The translations under genes were made by a program, and so were the position numbers. 64,000 nucleotides of DNA from a virus (lineage: Duplodnaviria > Caudoviricetes). Shown here one piece after another: positions 36,227-46,074 of the stretch (position 1 is the first letter of the stretch; every line of letters starts with the position of its first letter). The stretch spans positions 225-64,224 of the IMG/VR virus record IMGVR_UViG_3300020577_010882; one strand, 5' to 3'. A model generated the notes under the pieces. The model saw only the letters and a list, made by a program, of their open reading frames with translations, was not told where the DNA came from and did not search any database.

Positions 36227-36472
36227 ATGACGAAGCGCGTGCGGATCGAGAACGCCGACAACTCCAACTTCGGCGTGCTCGTCGAGGTGTGGGACAAGGG
36301 GCAGAACGGCGAGCCGGATCGGATCGCCTTCACGCGCGATCTGCGCAACCCGACCGAGATGACCGGCGACGAGATGTTCATCACGAGCACGCGCTACATC
36401 GTGATCCGCGAACTGCCGCCGATGCCGCCCGCGCCGAGCGCGCCGGCTCCGCTCTCGCCGACGCCGCAGTGA
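36227..36472 (+). CDS. hypothetical protein
   Basis: GAGG SD; MTKRVRIENAD. Confidence 0.7.
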   Translation: MTKRVRIENADNSNFGVLVEVWDKGQNGEPDRIAFTRDLRNPTEMTGDEMFITSTRYIVIRELPPMPPAPSAPAPLSPTPQ

Positions 36473-37077
36473 AGCTCGACGACCTCAAGCGCATCGTCCC
36501 CACGGCCTCGGAGCCGTGGGCGATTGCGCTCGTCGAGACCATGCCGTACTGGCAGATCGCCGGCATGAAGCGCGAGGCCATGTTCATCGCGAACGTGGCG
36601 CACGAAACGCAGGGGCTTCGCGTCTTCGACGAGTGCCTCTACTACACCGACGCCGAGCGCGTGAGGAAAATCTTCGCGCCGCGCTTCGACCCGCTCGACG
36701 TGGACGACGCGTGGGGCTACCTCGCGCAGCCCGAGCGCTTCGCCAATCGCGTGTACGCGAACCGGCTCGGCAACGGCAGCGAGGGCAGCGGCGACGGCTG
36801 GAAGTTCCGCGGCAAGGGGCCGGCGCAACTCACGGGGCGCGAGACCTACACCGCCTGCGCGCACGGCACGGGGCTGCCGCTGATCGAGCAGCCCGAGCTT
36901 CTGCTCAAGCCGCGCGAGGGCGCGATCAGCGCGTGCTGGTTCTGGAAGTGGAAGGGCCTTGCCGCCGTTGCGGACGCGGGCGACATCGAACTCGGACGGC
37001 GCAAGTGGAACGGCACGACGCTCGGCCTCTCGGAGGTCGAGGACGTGTACGGGCGGGCGCTGGAGGTGCTGTCGTGA
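36469..37077 (+). CDS. GH19-family endolysin
   Basis: FIANVAHET...ANRVYANR.GN...DGWKFRG.G..QLTGR..Y...SACWFW. Confidence 0.92.
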   Translation: MKLDDLKRIVPTASEPWAIALVETMPYWQIAGMKREAMFIANVAHETQGLRVFDECLYYTDAERVRKIFAPRFDPLDVDDAWGYLAQPERFANRVYANRLGNGSEGSGDGWKFRGKGPAQLTGRETYTACAHGTGLPLIEQPELLLKPREGAISACWFWKWKGLAAVADAGDIELGRRKWNGTTLGLSEVEDVYGRALEVLS

Positions 37078-37226
37078 TGCTGCGCATCGTGGCACCGCAC
37101 TTCGTCGCCGGCATCGTCAGGGGCGGAATGGTCGCGCCGATCATCCGCTACATGAAGGGCTGGACGCGCGCGAAGATCGAGGCGTACTGCCGGCGCAAGG
37201 GCTGGACGGTCGAGGTGATGGCGTGA
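37077..37226 (+). CDS. small conserved phage protein
   Basis: APHFVAGI...APII.YM.GW...Y...KGW. Confidence 0.65.
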   Translation: MLRIVAPHFVAGIVRGGMVAPIIRYMKGWTRAKIEAYCRRKGWTVEVMA

Positions 37227-37438
37227 CGCGAGACGAGATCGACACGGTGATCCTGCACGACGAGATCATGCAGACGGCGCGCGAGATTCCCGCCGGGAGC
37301 ATCGACGTGGATCAGTTGATCCGAAACCTCTTCAACGCGAAGGACGTGTCGGAGCTTCGCGTGTTCAAGCGCAGTCTGCTGACGAGCCTCGGGCGCCACG
37401 AAGAGGCGCTCGCCGACGCGCTGGAGTCGTTCCAGTAA
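37223..37438 (+). CDS. hypothetical protein
   Basis: GTGA-coupled. Confidence 0.55.
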   Translation: MTRDEIDTVILHDEIMQTAREIPAGSIDVDQLIRNLFNAKDVSELRVFKRSLLTSLGRHEEALADALESFQ

Positions 37439-37453
37439 ACACCGGGGGTAAGC

Positions 37454-38047
37454 ATGCAGGCCATCTTCATCCGTTGGGCCGTGCTCGCGCTCATGGTGGT
37501 GGCCGCTGCGGTCGGCGGCTACGTGCACGGCGTGCGCTACGAGGAAGGCCGGCAGTCGGTCGAGAAGCTCGCGCAGGCGAACGCCTTCATCGAGAAGCAG
37601 GCGAAGCGAGCCGCGGAGGACCGTGCGGAGAACGCGCGCGTCTCGAAGGCGCTGGACGAGGAGCGCGATGCGCGCGGCAAGGACAAGGAAAAGTTCGACA
37701 GGAGGCTCGCCAATGTTCCACGTGGATCACTCGTCGAGGTGGCGTGCCCCTCGCAACAGACCGGGATCGCTACGGGCAGCGAATCGCGCGCGCAAGCGCC
37801 TGCTGCGGGCAGCGCTGACGTTCGCCTTAGCGGCGTCGCTTGCAGCCTGTGGAACGACGCCCTCTCTGCCGGACTCCTCGCCGAGGAGCGCGCCGGGTGG
37901 CCTGCTGATGCGGACGCCTGCGCCGGCCCCGTTGAGGTCGAGGACGCCCTCCGTAATCTGCGAGACGCCGCTGCGCTGCTCGGGGAATGCCGCACCCGCG
38001 AGCGCGAATCGCAGCGGTGGCTGAAGGCCACGGGACAAGCGGGATGA
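37454..38047 (+). CDS. Rz-like inner-membrane spanin
   Basis: N-terminal TM followed by a coiled coil, in the lysis cassette. Confidence 0.75.
   Translation: MQAIFIRWAVLALMVVAAAVGGYVHGVRYEEGRQSVEKLAQANAFIEKQAKRAAEDRAENARVSKALDEERDARGKDKEKFDRRLANVPRGSLVEVACPSQQTGIATGSESRAQAPAAGSADVRLSGVACSLWNDALSAGLLAEERAGWPADADACAGPVEVEDALRNLRDAAALLGECRTRERESQRWLKATGQAG
37713..38024 (+). CDS. Rz1-like outer-membrane lipoprotein spanin embedded in Rz
   Basis: AGGAGG SD; lipobox LAAC; Pro-rich; alternate frame. Confidence 0.6.
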   Translation: MFHVDHSSRWRAPRNRPGSLRAANRARKRLLRAALTFALAASLAACGTTPSLPDSSPRSAPGGLLMRTPAPAPLRSRTPSVICETPLRCSGNAAPASANRSGG

Positions 38048-38313
38048 GCGGGGTGGACCACGAGGAGCTTGCGCGACTGATTGCGCAGGCGATCATCGAG
38101 CAGTCCGGGCTTCCGGCCGAGGAGCACAAGCGGCACCACGATGCGCTGGAGCGCTTCATCGAGCGCGAGGACCGGCGCACGGCGTTCTACGAGAAGGTGA
38201 AGGCGCAGGTGGGCGGGTGGGCGGTGATCGCCGTTCTCGGCACGCTCGGCGCGGGTGCGTGGTACGCGGCGAAGGAGTTCATCAGGGCGCTCGCGAAGGG
38301 AATCGCGTCCTGA
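38044..38313 (+). CDS. single-TM holin/antiholin-like protein
   Basis: C-terminal TM. Confidence 0.55.
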   Translation: MSGVDHEELARLIAQAIIEQSGLPAEEHKRHHDALERFIEREDRRTAFYEKVKAQVGGWAVIAVLGTLGAGAWYAAKEFIRALAKGIAS

Positions 38314-38627
38314 TGTTCGAGCAGGAGCCGAAGATCGGCAGCGAGGACGGCGGCTTCTGGTGCCGCGTCGCGCTGCGCACGCATCAGTTCTGGAATTGGG
38401 TGGACGAGCGGCAGATCGACGCGCACCTCTACTCGCTTGCGATCCTCTACGGCACGTACTTCGCGATGCGCTGGTGCATGCACTACGCCGACCTCAACGC
38501 CGGGCGTCCGGGGTTGGAAGTGGCGGCGGTGATCGGCGCCGTGATGGCTCCGGTGAGCGTGCTCCAGTCGGCGGCGATCAAGTTCCTCTTCGAGGCCCGG
38601 CAGGGGACGTTCAGGCCGAAAGGGTAG
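38313..38627 (+). CDS. two-TM holin-like protein
   Basis: Two hydrophobic segments, basic C-terminus. Confidence 0.55.
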   Translation: MFEQEPKIGSEDGGFWCRVALRTHQFWNWVDERQIDAHLYSLAILYGTYFAMRWCMHYADLNAGRPGLEVAAVIGAVMAPVSVLQSAAIKFLFEARQGTFRPKG

Positions 38628-38631
38628 GGCT

Positions 38632-39213
38632 ATGCCCGCACTGAAGAATTCAACCTACGAGCGCATGGCGCAACTGATGGCCGGCGGCAAGTCGGCCGCA
38701 GCGGCGTATGGCGAGCTTCACCCGAAGACGAAGTACCCGGAGAGGAACGTCGGGCGCTACCTGAAGATGCACCCGGAGATCGAGGTGCGGGTGAAGGAGA
38801 TCGTCGAGCACAAGGTGGACACGAACGCGGTCGTCGTCACGAAGGCGATGGAGCAGGCGGCCGTGGACAAGGCGTACATCATCGGGAACCTGAAGGAGGT
38901 CGTCGAGCGCTGCATGCAGTCCAAGCCCGTCTTCGACGCGATGGGTAAGCAGGTGTACGTCGAGACGAAGGACGGGCGCGTGGCGGCGGAGTACGGCTTC
39001 GACCCGCGCGCCGCGACGCGTGCCCTGCACCTCATGGGGCTGGAGGTCGGGATGTTCACGCAGCGGGTGAAGTTCGTTCGAGGCCCGCTCGATGGCCTGC
39101 CGGCGCCGGTTCTCCAGATGATGCAGCAAGCCCTCGACTCGATGGTGAACGGACGAGTGATCGAGCATGAGCCTTCCGCAGCATCTCCAGTGGCTCCAAG
39201 CACTCCCGCCTGA
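38632..39213 (+). CDS. terS: terminase small subunit
   Basis: N-terminal HTH; position directly before TerL. Confidence 0.75.
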   Translation: MPALKNSTYERMAQLMAGGKSAAAAYGELHPKTKYPERNVGRYLKMHPEIEVRVKEIVEHKVDTNAVVVTKAMEQAAVDKAYIIGNLKEVVERCMQSKPVFDAMGKQVYVETKDGRVAAEYGFDPRAATRALHLMGLEVGMFTQRVKFVRGPLDGLPAPVLQMMQQALDSMVNGRVIEHEPSAASPVAPSTPA

Positions 39214-41725
39214 CGCTCGCGTCAAACTGCTTCGGGAGGTCGAGCGCGCGCTAGGCGAGCGCAAGCTGGAGACCTACAAGCCTTACTCGAAGCAGCGCGA
39301 GTTCCACGAGGCGGGCGCCACGTACCGCGAGCGCATGCTCGCTGCCGGCAACCGATTGGGGAAGGCGCTTCAGGACGACACGCCGGTACTCACTCCGGGC
39401 GGATGGGTGCGGATAGCTGATCTTGGGCCGGGCGATCTGGTGGTCGCTGGCGATGGCTCGATCACGCGCGTTTCCGCCGTGTACCCGCAGGGAGTGGTGC
39501 CGCTGTACCGCGCTACGTTCGATTGCGGAGAGGAGATTCTCTGCTGCGGGGACCACTTGTGGGTGGTGCAGTGGCCGAATGATCGCTTCCCGAAGCGATG
39601 GTCGCGCGGTCGCGCGGAGAGCAATCCGAACTTCGGGCGATGGTCGGTGTCGAGTGCGGCGCAGATTGTGGATCGCGTCGGCGAGCGGCCCAAGCCGAGG
39701 CGGCGCGTCACCATCCCGGCCGCGCCCGTGGTGCGTTTCGAGGGTGGAGAGGTGCCCGTTGATCCGTGGCTTCTCGGGTTCCTGATCGGGGATGGGTGCT
39801 TCCGAGGTGGTTCCGTGGCGTTCGCGACGCTGGACGCGGAGATTGTGGACCGGGTGCGCGGAATCGTTCGTGGCGCGTACGAGGTGCGGCACCACGGAGG
39901 CTGCAACTACAGCATCTCGCTTCCCGGCGGCAGGGGGCACGGGAAGGGCGGAAGAGGGGCCGGCAACGCGCTGATCGCGGCGATTCGCAGGCTTGGTCTG
40001 TGGGGCAAGGCTTCATGCGAGAAGCGGGTGCCGAGCGAGTACCTGCTGAATTCACCGGGCGTGCGGCTTGCGATGCTGCAAGGGCTGATGGATTCGGATG
40101 GCAGCGCGGGCGCTACTTCGGAGTTCTCGTCGTCGTCCGAGGGGTTGGCGAACGACGTGGCGTTTCTCGTCCGCAGCCTTGGCGGAAAGTGTCGAGTTTC
40201 GAGCCGCGTCACGAGCTTCACGTACAAGGGTGAGAGGAAGCGCGGTGGGCGCAGTTTCCGTGTGCGGCTAAGTCTTCCGGGCGCGTTCTGGTTGCCGAGG
40301 AAATCGGCGGCTGTTCGTGAGCGCCGCGTGACGGCCGACCGCATCTTGGTCTCGCTGACGCCTGCCGGTGCCGGTAGCGCAACGTGCATTTCGGTGGATC
40401 ACCCGTCCCGCACGTTCGTCACGAAGGACTTCATCGTGACGCACAACACGTGGAGCGCCGGCGCCGAGGCGGCGATGCACCTCACGGGGCGCTACCCGGA
40501 TTGGTGGCGCGGCAAGCGCTTCCACAGGGGGCAGCAGGCCGCGTGCGCGAGCGAGACGGGCCTGCTCACGCGGGACGGCTTGCAGCGCATCCTCTTCGGC
40601 TACCCGGCGTTCACGCTCGGGACCGGGATGGTGCCGAAGGACGCGATCAAGGAGACGGTGCCTTCGGCGCACGGCCCGAAGGGGTTGTTCGAGCACGTTC
40701 GTATCGCGCATGGCGGTGGCGGCGACGTGCAGGCCGACGAATCGGTGCTGTACCTGCGCTCGTACGATCAGGGTCGCGAGCGCATTCAGGCGATGGAGCT
40801 TGGCTGGTTCTGGATGGACGAGGAGCCGGATGAGGGCTACTACCTCGAAGCGATGACCCGGACGAACATCACCCTCGGCCCGGTGATGCTGACGTACACG
40901 CCGCTGAAGGGCATGTCCACGGTCACGAAGCGGTTCTTCATGGACAAGGTGCCCGGCACGCACCTCGTGCAGATGGGGATAGAGGACGCCGAGCACATTC
41001 CGGCGGACGTGAGGGCAGCGATCATCGCGTCCTACCCGGCGCACGAGAGGGAGGCCCGGGTGCACGGCGTGCCGGTGCTCGGATCTGGCCGGGTGTTCAC
41101 GGTGCCGGAGGAGCAGTTCGTGATCGACCCGATCCCGCTCTCGCCGCTGTGGCCGAGGATCGTGGGCATCGACTTCGGGTTCGATCACCCGACCGCCGCG
41201 GTGTGGATGGCGTGGGATCGCGACACGGACACGGTGTACGTGTACGACTGCTATAGGTCGCGCGAAGCGCTCGTGCCGGTGCACGCCGCGGTGCTCAGGT
41301 CGAAGGGCGAGTGGATCCCGGTCGCGTGGCCGGCGGACGGCGAGAGCGAGACGGCCGCAGGCCCCGCGCTCGCCAAGCAGTACAGGGCGCAGGGCATCAA
41401 CTTCCTGCCGGAGAGCGCGAAGTTCCCCGAGTACCCGGGCACGAGCACCGAGAACACGCAGAAGAGCCGGCGCAGCGTCGAAGGCGGCGTGGCGGTGATT
41501 CAGGACCGCGCCATCGAGTCGAAGCTGAAGGTCTTCCGCACGCTCTCGCCGTGGCTGGAGGAGTACCGCCTGTACCACCGCAAGGACGGCGTGATCGTGA
41601 AGAAGGATGACGACCTGATCTCGGCGACGCGGTACGCGCTGATGTGCCTCTTGCAGGCCGCGCTGCCGCCGAGCGCGTCGATGAGGTTGAACCCGCATCG
41701 CAGGACGAACTGGAGAGCAGGATGA
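39167..41725 (+). CDS. terL: terminase large subunit containing an intein
   Basis: AGNRLGK..T Walker A, WMDEEP Walker B, GIDFG nuclease motif, DDLISATRY. Confidence 0.95.
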   Translation: MSLPQHLQWLQALPPDARVKLLREVERALGERKLETYKPYSKQREFHEAGATYRERMLAAGNRLGKALQDDTPVLTPGGWVRIADLGPGDLVVAGDGSITRVSAVYPQGVVPLYRATFDCGEEILCCGDHLWVVQWPNDRFPKRWSRGRAESNPNFGRWSVSSAAQIVDRVGERPKPRRRVTIPAAPVVRFEGGEVPVDPWLLGFLIGDGCFRGGSVAFATLDAEIVDRVRGIVRGAYEVRHHGGCNYSISLPGGRGHGKGGRGAGNALIAAIRRLGLWGKASCEKRVPSEYLLNSPGVRLAMLQGLMDSDGSAGATSEFSSSSEGLANDVAFLVRSLGGKCRVSSRVTSFTYKGERKRGGRSFRVRLSLPGAFWLPRKSAAVRERRVTADRILVSLTPAGAGSATCISVDHPSRTFVTKDFIVTHNTWSAGAEAAMHLTGRYPDWWRGKRFHRGQQAACASETGLLTRDGLQRILFGYPAFTLGTGMVPKDAIKETVPSAHGPKGLFEHVRIAHGGGGDVQADESVLYLRSYDQGRERIQAMELGWFWMDEEPDEGYYLEAMTRTNITLGPVMLTYTPLKGMSTVTKRFFMDKVPGTHLVQMGIEDAEHIPADVRAAIIASYPAHEREARVHGVPVLGSGRVFTVPEEQFVIDPIPLSPLWPRIVGIDFGFDHPTAAVWMAWDRDTDTVYVYDCYRSREALVPVHAAVLRSKGEWIPVAWPADGESETAAGPALAKQYRAQGINFLPESAKFPEYPGTSTENTQKSRRSVEGGVAVIQDRAIESKLKVFRTLSPWLEEYRLYHRKDGVIVKKDDDLISATRYALMCLLQAALPPSASMRLNPHRRTNWRAG
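39365..40447 (+). mobile_element. 361-aa class 3 intein with LAGLIDADG endonuclease, inserted at Walker A GK/T
   Basis: Ala1 (ALQDDTPV), block B HLW, block F TCISV, block G VTHN/T; LGFLIGDG and LQGLMDSDG; atypical codon use. Confidence 0.92.
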
Positions 41726-41865
41726 CGAGGAGCTTGCTGGCGTGGCACGTGGCCCGGTGTTTCCCGCCGATGGAGCCGGCGTGGCACATGCAGCCGTACG
41801 TGCACGAGGTGATGGCGCTGGCGATGGCGTACCGCATGGCGCAGGCGCAGGGGATCATCCGGTGA
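41722..41865 (+). CDS. small hypothetical protein
   Basis: ATGA-coupled to terL. Confidence 0.5.
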   Translation: MTRSLLAWHVARCFPPMEPAWHMQPYVHEVMALAMAYRMAQAQGIIR

Positions 41866-42161
41866 GCGGGTACTTGATCGCAGTCTTCGGGGTTCTCGCG
41901 GTCCTGCTGGTGGGCGAGGTGTACTCGGCCTACATCGGGCCGCGCCTCGAAGCCCGGCGCAGGAATCGCGAGGAGCGCGTCTCCGGTCTCGCCGACGCGC
42001 TCGACAAGCTGAATGAGCCGAAGGCGCGCAGATTCGATCCGAACTCGAACGCGGTCGGCGTGCAGACCCCGTACGGCCCGATCTCGCGCTACGCCAGCGG
42101 GAAGAGCAACGTCGCCGCTGCGGTGCCGTGGACGAACGGCACGACGAGCGCGCAGCCGTGA
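41862..42161 (+). CDS. membrane-anchored hypothetical protein
   Basis: N-terminal TM. Confidence 0.6.
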   Translation: MSGYLIAVFGVLAVLLVGEVYSAYIGPRLEARRRNREERVSGLADALDKLNEPKARRFDPNSNAVGVQTPYGPISRYASGKSNVAAAVPWTNGTTSAQP

Positions 42162-42205
42162 TTCGACGGCCTCATCCGAGTCCGTCACAACGAGGAGAGG
42201 TGAAC

Positions 42206-42637
42206 ATGGAAAGCAAGGTGATCGTCCCGACCGTGGGACGCGTGGTCTGGTACTGGCCGAGCGCGGCCGACATCGTCGGCGGCATGCGCTTGGCGAGCGC
42301 TTCGCAGCCCTTCATGGCGCAGGTGGTGTTCGTGCACCACGAGCGCCTCGTGAACGTGATCGTGCACGACCATTCCGGGAAACCGCACGCTCGCGGCGCG
42401 GTGCGACTCGTGCAGGAGAGCGACGTGTACGTCGCCGCCGAACCCCGCTGCGAGTGGATGCCGTACCAGAAGGGGCAGGCGGCGAAGACCGAGGAGGCGC
42501 TGCGCTCGCAATCCCATACCGCGTCCATGTTCACGATGCCGATCTCGGAGGTCGCGGCGCCGGCGGCGCCGGAGTTCTCCCACGGCGCGGTCGAACCCGG
42601 GCTGGCGCGCGAGTCCGCAAAGGACATCGCGCCGTGA
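42206..42637 (+). CDS. conserved phage protein
   Basis: PTVGRVVWY...QP..A.V...VN..V.D..G...W. Confidence 0.8.
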   Translation: MESKVIVPTVGRVVWYWPSAADIVGGMRLASASQPFMAQVVFVHHERLVNVIVHDHSGKPHARGAVRLVQESDVYVAAEPRCEWMPYQKGQAAKTEEALRSQSHTASMFTMPISEVAAPAAPEFSHGAVEPGLARESAKDIAP

Positions 42638-43038
42638 ACCGCCGCGGCTTTTTGCTGGCGGCAGCAGCGCTCTCCGCGAGCGCATCGCTGCCGGCAGCGG
42701 TTGCGGCGGCGGCGGAGCATGCGGCCGAGCCGACTGCCACGCTGTTCCGTGGCGAGATCGGGAAGTGGGCCGGCGTGCGTCTCGTCGTGGCGTTCCCTGC
42801 CGAGGAGTTCGTCCACGGCAGGCGGTTCGAGCGCGAGGTGCAGGTGGTGGCTGGCTTCGGCGCCGAGATCCCGCTCAACGACGAGATCGTGGGGATCGTG
42901 CAGGACGACTACCGCGCCGGCTTCATCGAGAGCTACCACTTCGAGATCGCTCGTGATGCGGCGGTGGATCTTGCCGCTCTGCCGCCTCTCGATGAGCGCT
43001 TCGACATCGTGGGCGCAGTGGTTCGGCGCTCGCCGTAG
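42634..43038 (+). CDS. protein with twin-arginine-like signal
   Basis: NRRGFLLAAAAL...AAA. Confidence 0.65.
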   Translation: MNRRGFLLAAAALSASASLPAAVAAAAEHAAEPTATLFRGEIGKWAGVRLVVAFPAEEFVHGRRFEREVQVVAGFGAEIPLNDEIVGIVQDDYRAGFIESYHFEIARDAAVDLAALPPLDERFDIVGAVVRRSP

Positions 43039-43049
43039 AAGGAGACCTG

Positions 43050-43325
43050 ATGTCCGACATCCCTGTCCGCCCGCTTGCCGAGGTGATCGGCCTGCGCTCC
43101 AACCTGCGAGACGTGCCCGAGATGCTGCGCCGCATGGCGCAAGCCATCGAGGACGGTCGCTACGGTCGGGTGCAGGAGATCGCGCTCGTCATGCGCTCGG
43201 ACAGCGAGGGGATCTCGGTGCACGGCTACGGCGAAACCTCGCCGCGCGACACGCTCGTGACGCTCGCGCTCGGGCAGGTACGCATCTCGTCCATCCTGAT
43301 GAACGGGAACGCGACTCGTGGGTGA
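43050..43325 (+). CDS. hypothetical protein
   Basis: AAGGAG SD. Confidence 0.7.
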   Translation: MSDIPVRPLAEVIGLRSNLRDVPEMLRRMAQAIEDGRYGRVQEIALVMRSDSEGISVHGYGETSPRDTLVTLALGQVRISSILMNGNATRG

Positions 43326-46062
43326 CATGACGGTCGTCAGCGACATCGCCTCGTATCAGGAGGCCGGCGCGAGGGTGGTGGAGAAGGGCCTGTCGCTCGC
43401 GCAGATGTCGAAGATCGTGAACGAGTGCCGTCTCCAGCCCTCGTGGCGGAACATGGCCGACAAGTGCGTGGACTACTACGACGGGAACCAACTCGACGGG
43501 GACACGCTCGCGGCGCTCGACCGGAAGGGCATGGGTCCGATCCAGCGCAACATCACCGCGCCGCTGGTGAACGTGGTGCTCGGCATGGAGGCGAAGACCC
43601 GCACCGACTGGATCGTGTCCGCCGATGGCGACGAGATGCAGGACGTGGCCGAGGCGATGAGCGAGAAGCTGCACGAGGCCGAGCGCGAGGCCCGTGCCGA
43701 CAGGGCTTGCGCCGACGCGTACGCCGGAGAGATCAAGGCCGGTCTCGGATGGGTCGAGGTGTCGCGCTCGAACGATCCGTTCTCGTACCCGTACCGCGTG
43801 ATGAACACGCACCGCCGGGAGATGTGGTGGGACTGGCGCGACCAGACGCCGGACCTCTCGAACTCTGGCTTCCTTCTCCGCAAGCGCTGGTACGACGTGG
43901 ATCAGGTCTGCGCGTACTTCCCGCAGCACCACGACATCCTGAAGGCGTCGCTCGGCGACCCGCTCCAGTACCAACTCATTCAGGCGCAGCGCGGCATGGA
44001 TCTCGGGCAGTCGCTCGAAGAGGACCGCGGCTACGCCTTCGAGGACTACGAGGCGTGGCGCAACTTCGAGCGCGAGCGCATCTGCCTGTACGAGACGTGG
44101 TATCGCCGCTTCGTGCGCGGCTACGTCGCGAAGTCGCCCAACGGCGAGGTGATCGAGATCAGCGTGCAGAACCCGCTGCACCTCGCGCTCATCTCGCGCG
44201 GGCTGCTCCGGCCGCAACTGGCGGTCTACTCGAAGCTCGCGATGTCGCTGTGGGCCGGGCCGCACAAGCTGATGGACGCCCCGGTGAAGAAGCGCTACCT
44301 GCCGTACGTCCCGTTTTGGGGCTACCGCGAGGATCGCACGGGCGTGCCATACGGCCTCGTGCGCGCGATGCTCACGCCGCAGGACGAGGTGAACGCGCGG
44401 CTCCAGAAGATGATGTGGCTGCTCGGCGCAAAGCGCGTCGTGATGGACTCCGACGCGCTCGACTTGGAGATGCAGTCGCCGCAGGACTTGCTCGACGAAC
44501 TCGCGCGCCCGGACGCCGTCGTGTTCCTGAACCGCAGCCGCCTGAACAAGGACGGCTTCAACATCGACGACAACCTCGCTCTCGCCGATGCGCAGTTCAA
44601 GGTGCTTCAGGACGCGATGCAGTCGGCGCAGCAGGTGGTGGGCGTGTTCAACGCCATGCTCGGGCGCGACTCTTCGACGACCGCGGCGAGCGCGATCAAC
44701 TCGCTCGTCGAGCAGGGCATGACGGCGCTGGCGGAGATCAACGACAACTACCGCTTCGCGCGCCGGCTCGTGGGCGAGCGGCTCCTCGACCTGATCCGCG
44801 ACGACATGATCGGCCAGCCCGTGCAGGTGATTGTGGGCGAGGTGGGTCGCAAGCGCGTCATCTCTCTGAACCAGCGCGTCGCCGCGAACTCTCCAGAGGC
44901 GCAGGCTGCGATGCAGGCCACGCCGGAAGAGCAGGCGGTGATGCAGTTGAAGAACAACGTCGCCGCCGCGCGCCTGAAGGTGTCGCTGGACGACGTGCAG
45001 TCCTCGGCGTCGTACCGCGAGCAGCAGTTCACGATGCTGGCCGAACTCACGAAGGGCCTGCCGCCGAACCTGCAAGCCGCCATCGCGCCGTTCATCATGG
45101 AGGCGAGCAACCTGCGCGACCGCCGCAAGATCGCCGACACCCTGCGCAAGACGATGGGTCAGGCGATCCCGCGCACGCCCGAGGAGGAGAGGGCCGCCGA
45201 GGCGCAGCAGCAGCAGGCGATGGCCGAGATGCAGCAGATCCAGCGCGAAGGCATCCTCATGGAACTGAGGGAGCGCGAGGCGAAGGTGAACAAGCTGAAC
45301 GCCGAGGCCGAGAAGGTGATGGCCGAGGCGCGCACGATTGGCGCGGGGAACCCCGAACTGGACGGCGCCCGCGGCGAGTACGAGCAGCGCATCCGCGACA
45401 TGGAGATGGCGTCGCGCGAGAGCATCGACAGGCTCGCCGCCGAACTGATGCAGGTGCGCTCCGACTCAGCCGCACGCGAGACGAAGCTGATCGGCGAACT
45501 CGCGAAGGCGGTGGCGACGCTGAAGGCGAACGCCGGCTCGCGCGAGGCCGAGATCCGCAAGGCCGAGATCGAGAAGGAGATCGCCGAGATCGAGGCCAAG
45601 CGCGACCGAGACGTGGCCGAGATCAACGCGCGGCAGGAGAAGGTGGTCGAGTCCCTCGCCGGGGAACTCGCCAAGCTGCGCGAGGAGATGGCGACGCGCA
45701 TCGAGGTGCAGTCCGCGAAGACCGAGAAGCTCGTGGCCGGCGTCGAGAAGAGGGTCGAGCGCGCCGTGTCCGATGCCGAGCGCCGCGAGGAGAAGCGCGA
45801 AGGCAGCGAGCGCAAGGAGTCGCAGCCCATCGTGGTAGACGCCACGGGCGCAGCGGGCAAGGCGCTGGAGAAGGTGGCTGCCGCAGTGGAGCGCTCGAAC
45901 TCCGCGGTGGCCGAGGCCGTGGCGCGCATGGCGGACGCAGAGACGCGCGAGCCGGAAGAGGCGCAGATCGAGATCAAGAAGGTCGGCGACACGTGGGTCG
46001 GCACGAAGACGGTGGGCGGCAAATCGCGCACCGTGAAGGTCGGCCCGAAGAAGAACACGTAA
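43318..46062 (+). CDS. portal protein (P22-like) with long C-terminal coiled coil
   Basis: DYYDGNQL...N...P.VN.V.G.E...YVPFWGYR...YGLVR.M..PQ.E.N. Confidence 0.9.
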   Translation: MGDMTVVSDIASYQEAGARVVEKGLSLAQMSKIVNECRLQPSWRNMADKCVDYYDGNQLDGDTLAALDRKGMGPIQRNITAPLVNVVLGMEAKTRTDWIVSADGDEMQDVAEAMSEKLHEAEREARADRACADAYAGEIKAGLGWVEVSRSNDPFSYPYRVMNTHRREMWWDWRDQTPDLSNSGFLLRKRWYDVDQVCAYFPQHHDILKASLGDPLQYQLIQAQRGMDLGQSLEEDRGYAFEDYEAWRNFERERICLYETWYRRFVRGYVAKSPNGEVIEISVQNPLHLALISRGLLRPQLAVYSKLAMSLWAGPHKLMDAPVKKRYLPYVPFWGYREDRTGVPYGLVRAMLTPQDEVNARLQKMMWLLGAKRVVMDSDALDLEMQSPQDLLDELARPDAVVFLNRSRLNKDGFNIDDNLALADAQFKVLQDAMQSAQQVVGVFNAMLGRDSSTTAASAINSLVEQGMTALAEINDNYRFARRLVGERLLDLIRDDMIGQPVQVIVGEVGRKRVISLNQRVAANSPEAQAAMQATPEEQAVMQLKNNVAAARLKVSLDDVQSSASYREQQFTMLAELTKGLPPNLQAAIAPFIMEASNLRDRRKIADTLRKTMGQAIPRTPEEERAAEAQQQQAMAEMQQIQREGILMELREREAKVNKLNAEAEKVMAEARTIGAGNPELDGARGEYEQRIRDMEMASRESIDRLAAELMQVRSDSAARETKLIGELAKAVATLKANAGSREAEIRKAEIEKEIAEIEAKRDRDVAEINARQEKVVESLAGELAKLREEMATRIEVQSAKTEKLVAGVEKRVERAVSDAERREEKREGSERKESQPIVVDATGAAGKALEKVAAAVERSNSAVAEAVARMADAETREPEEAQIEIKKVGDTWVGTKTVGGKSRTVKVGPKKNT

Positions 46063-46074
46063 GCGGGAGAGATC

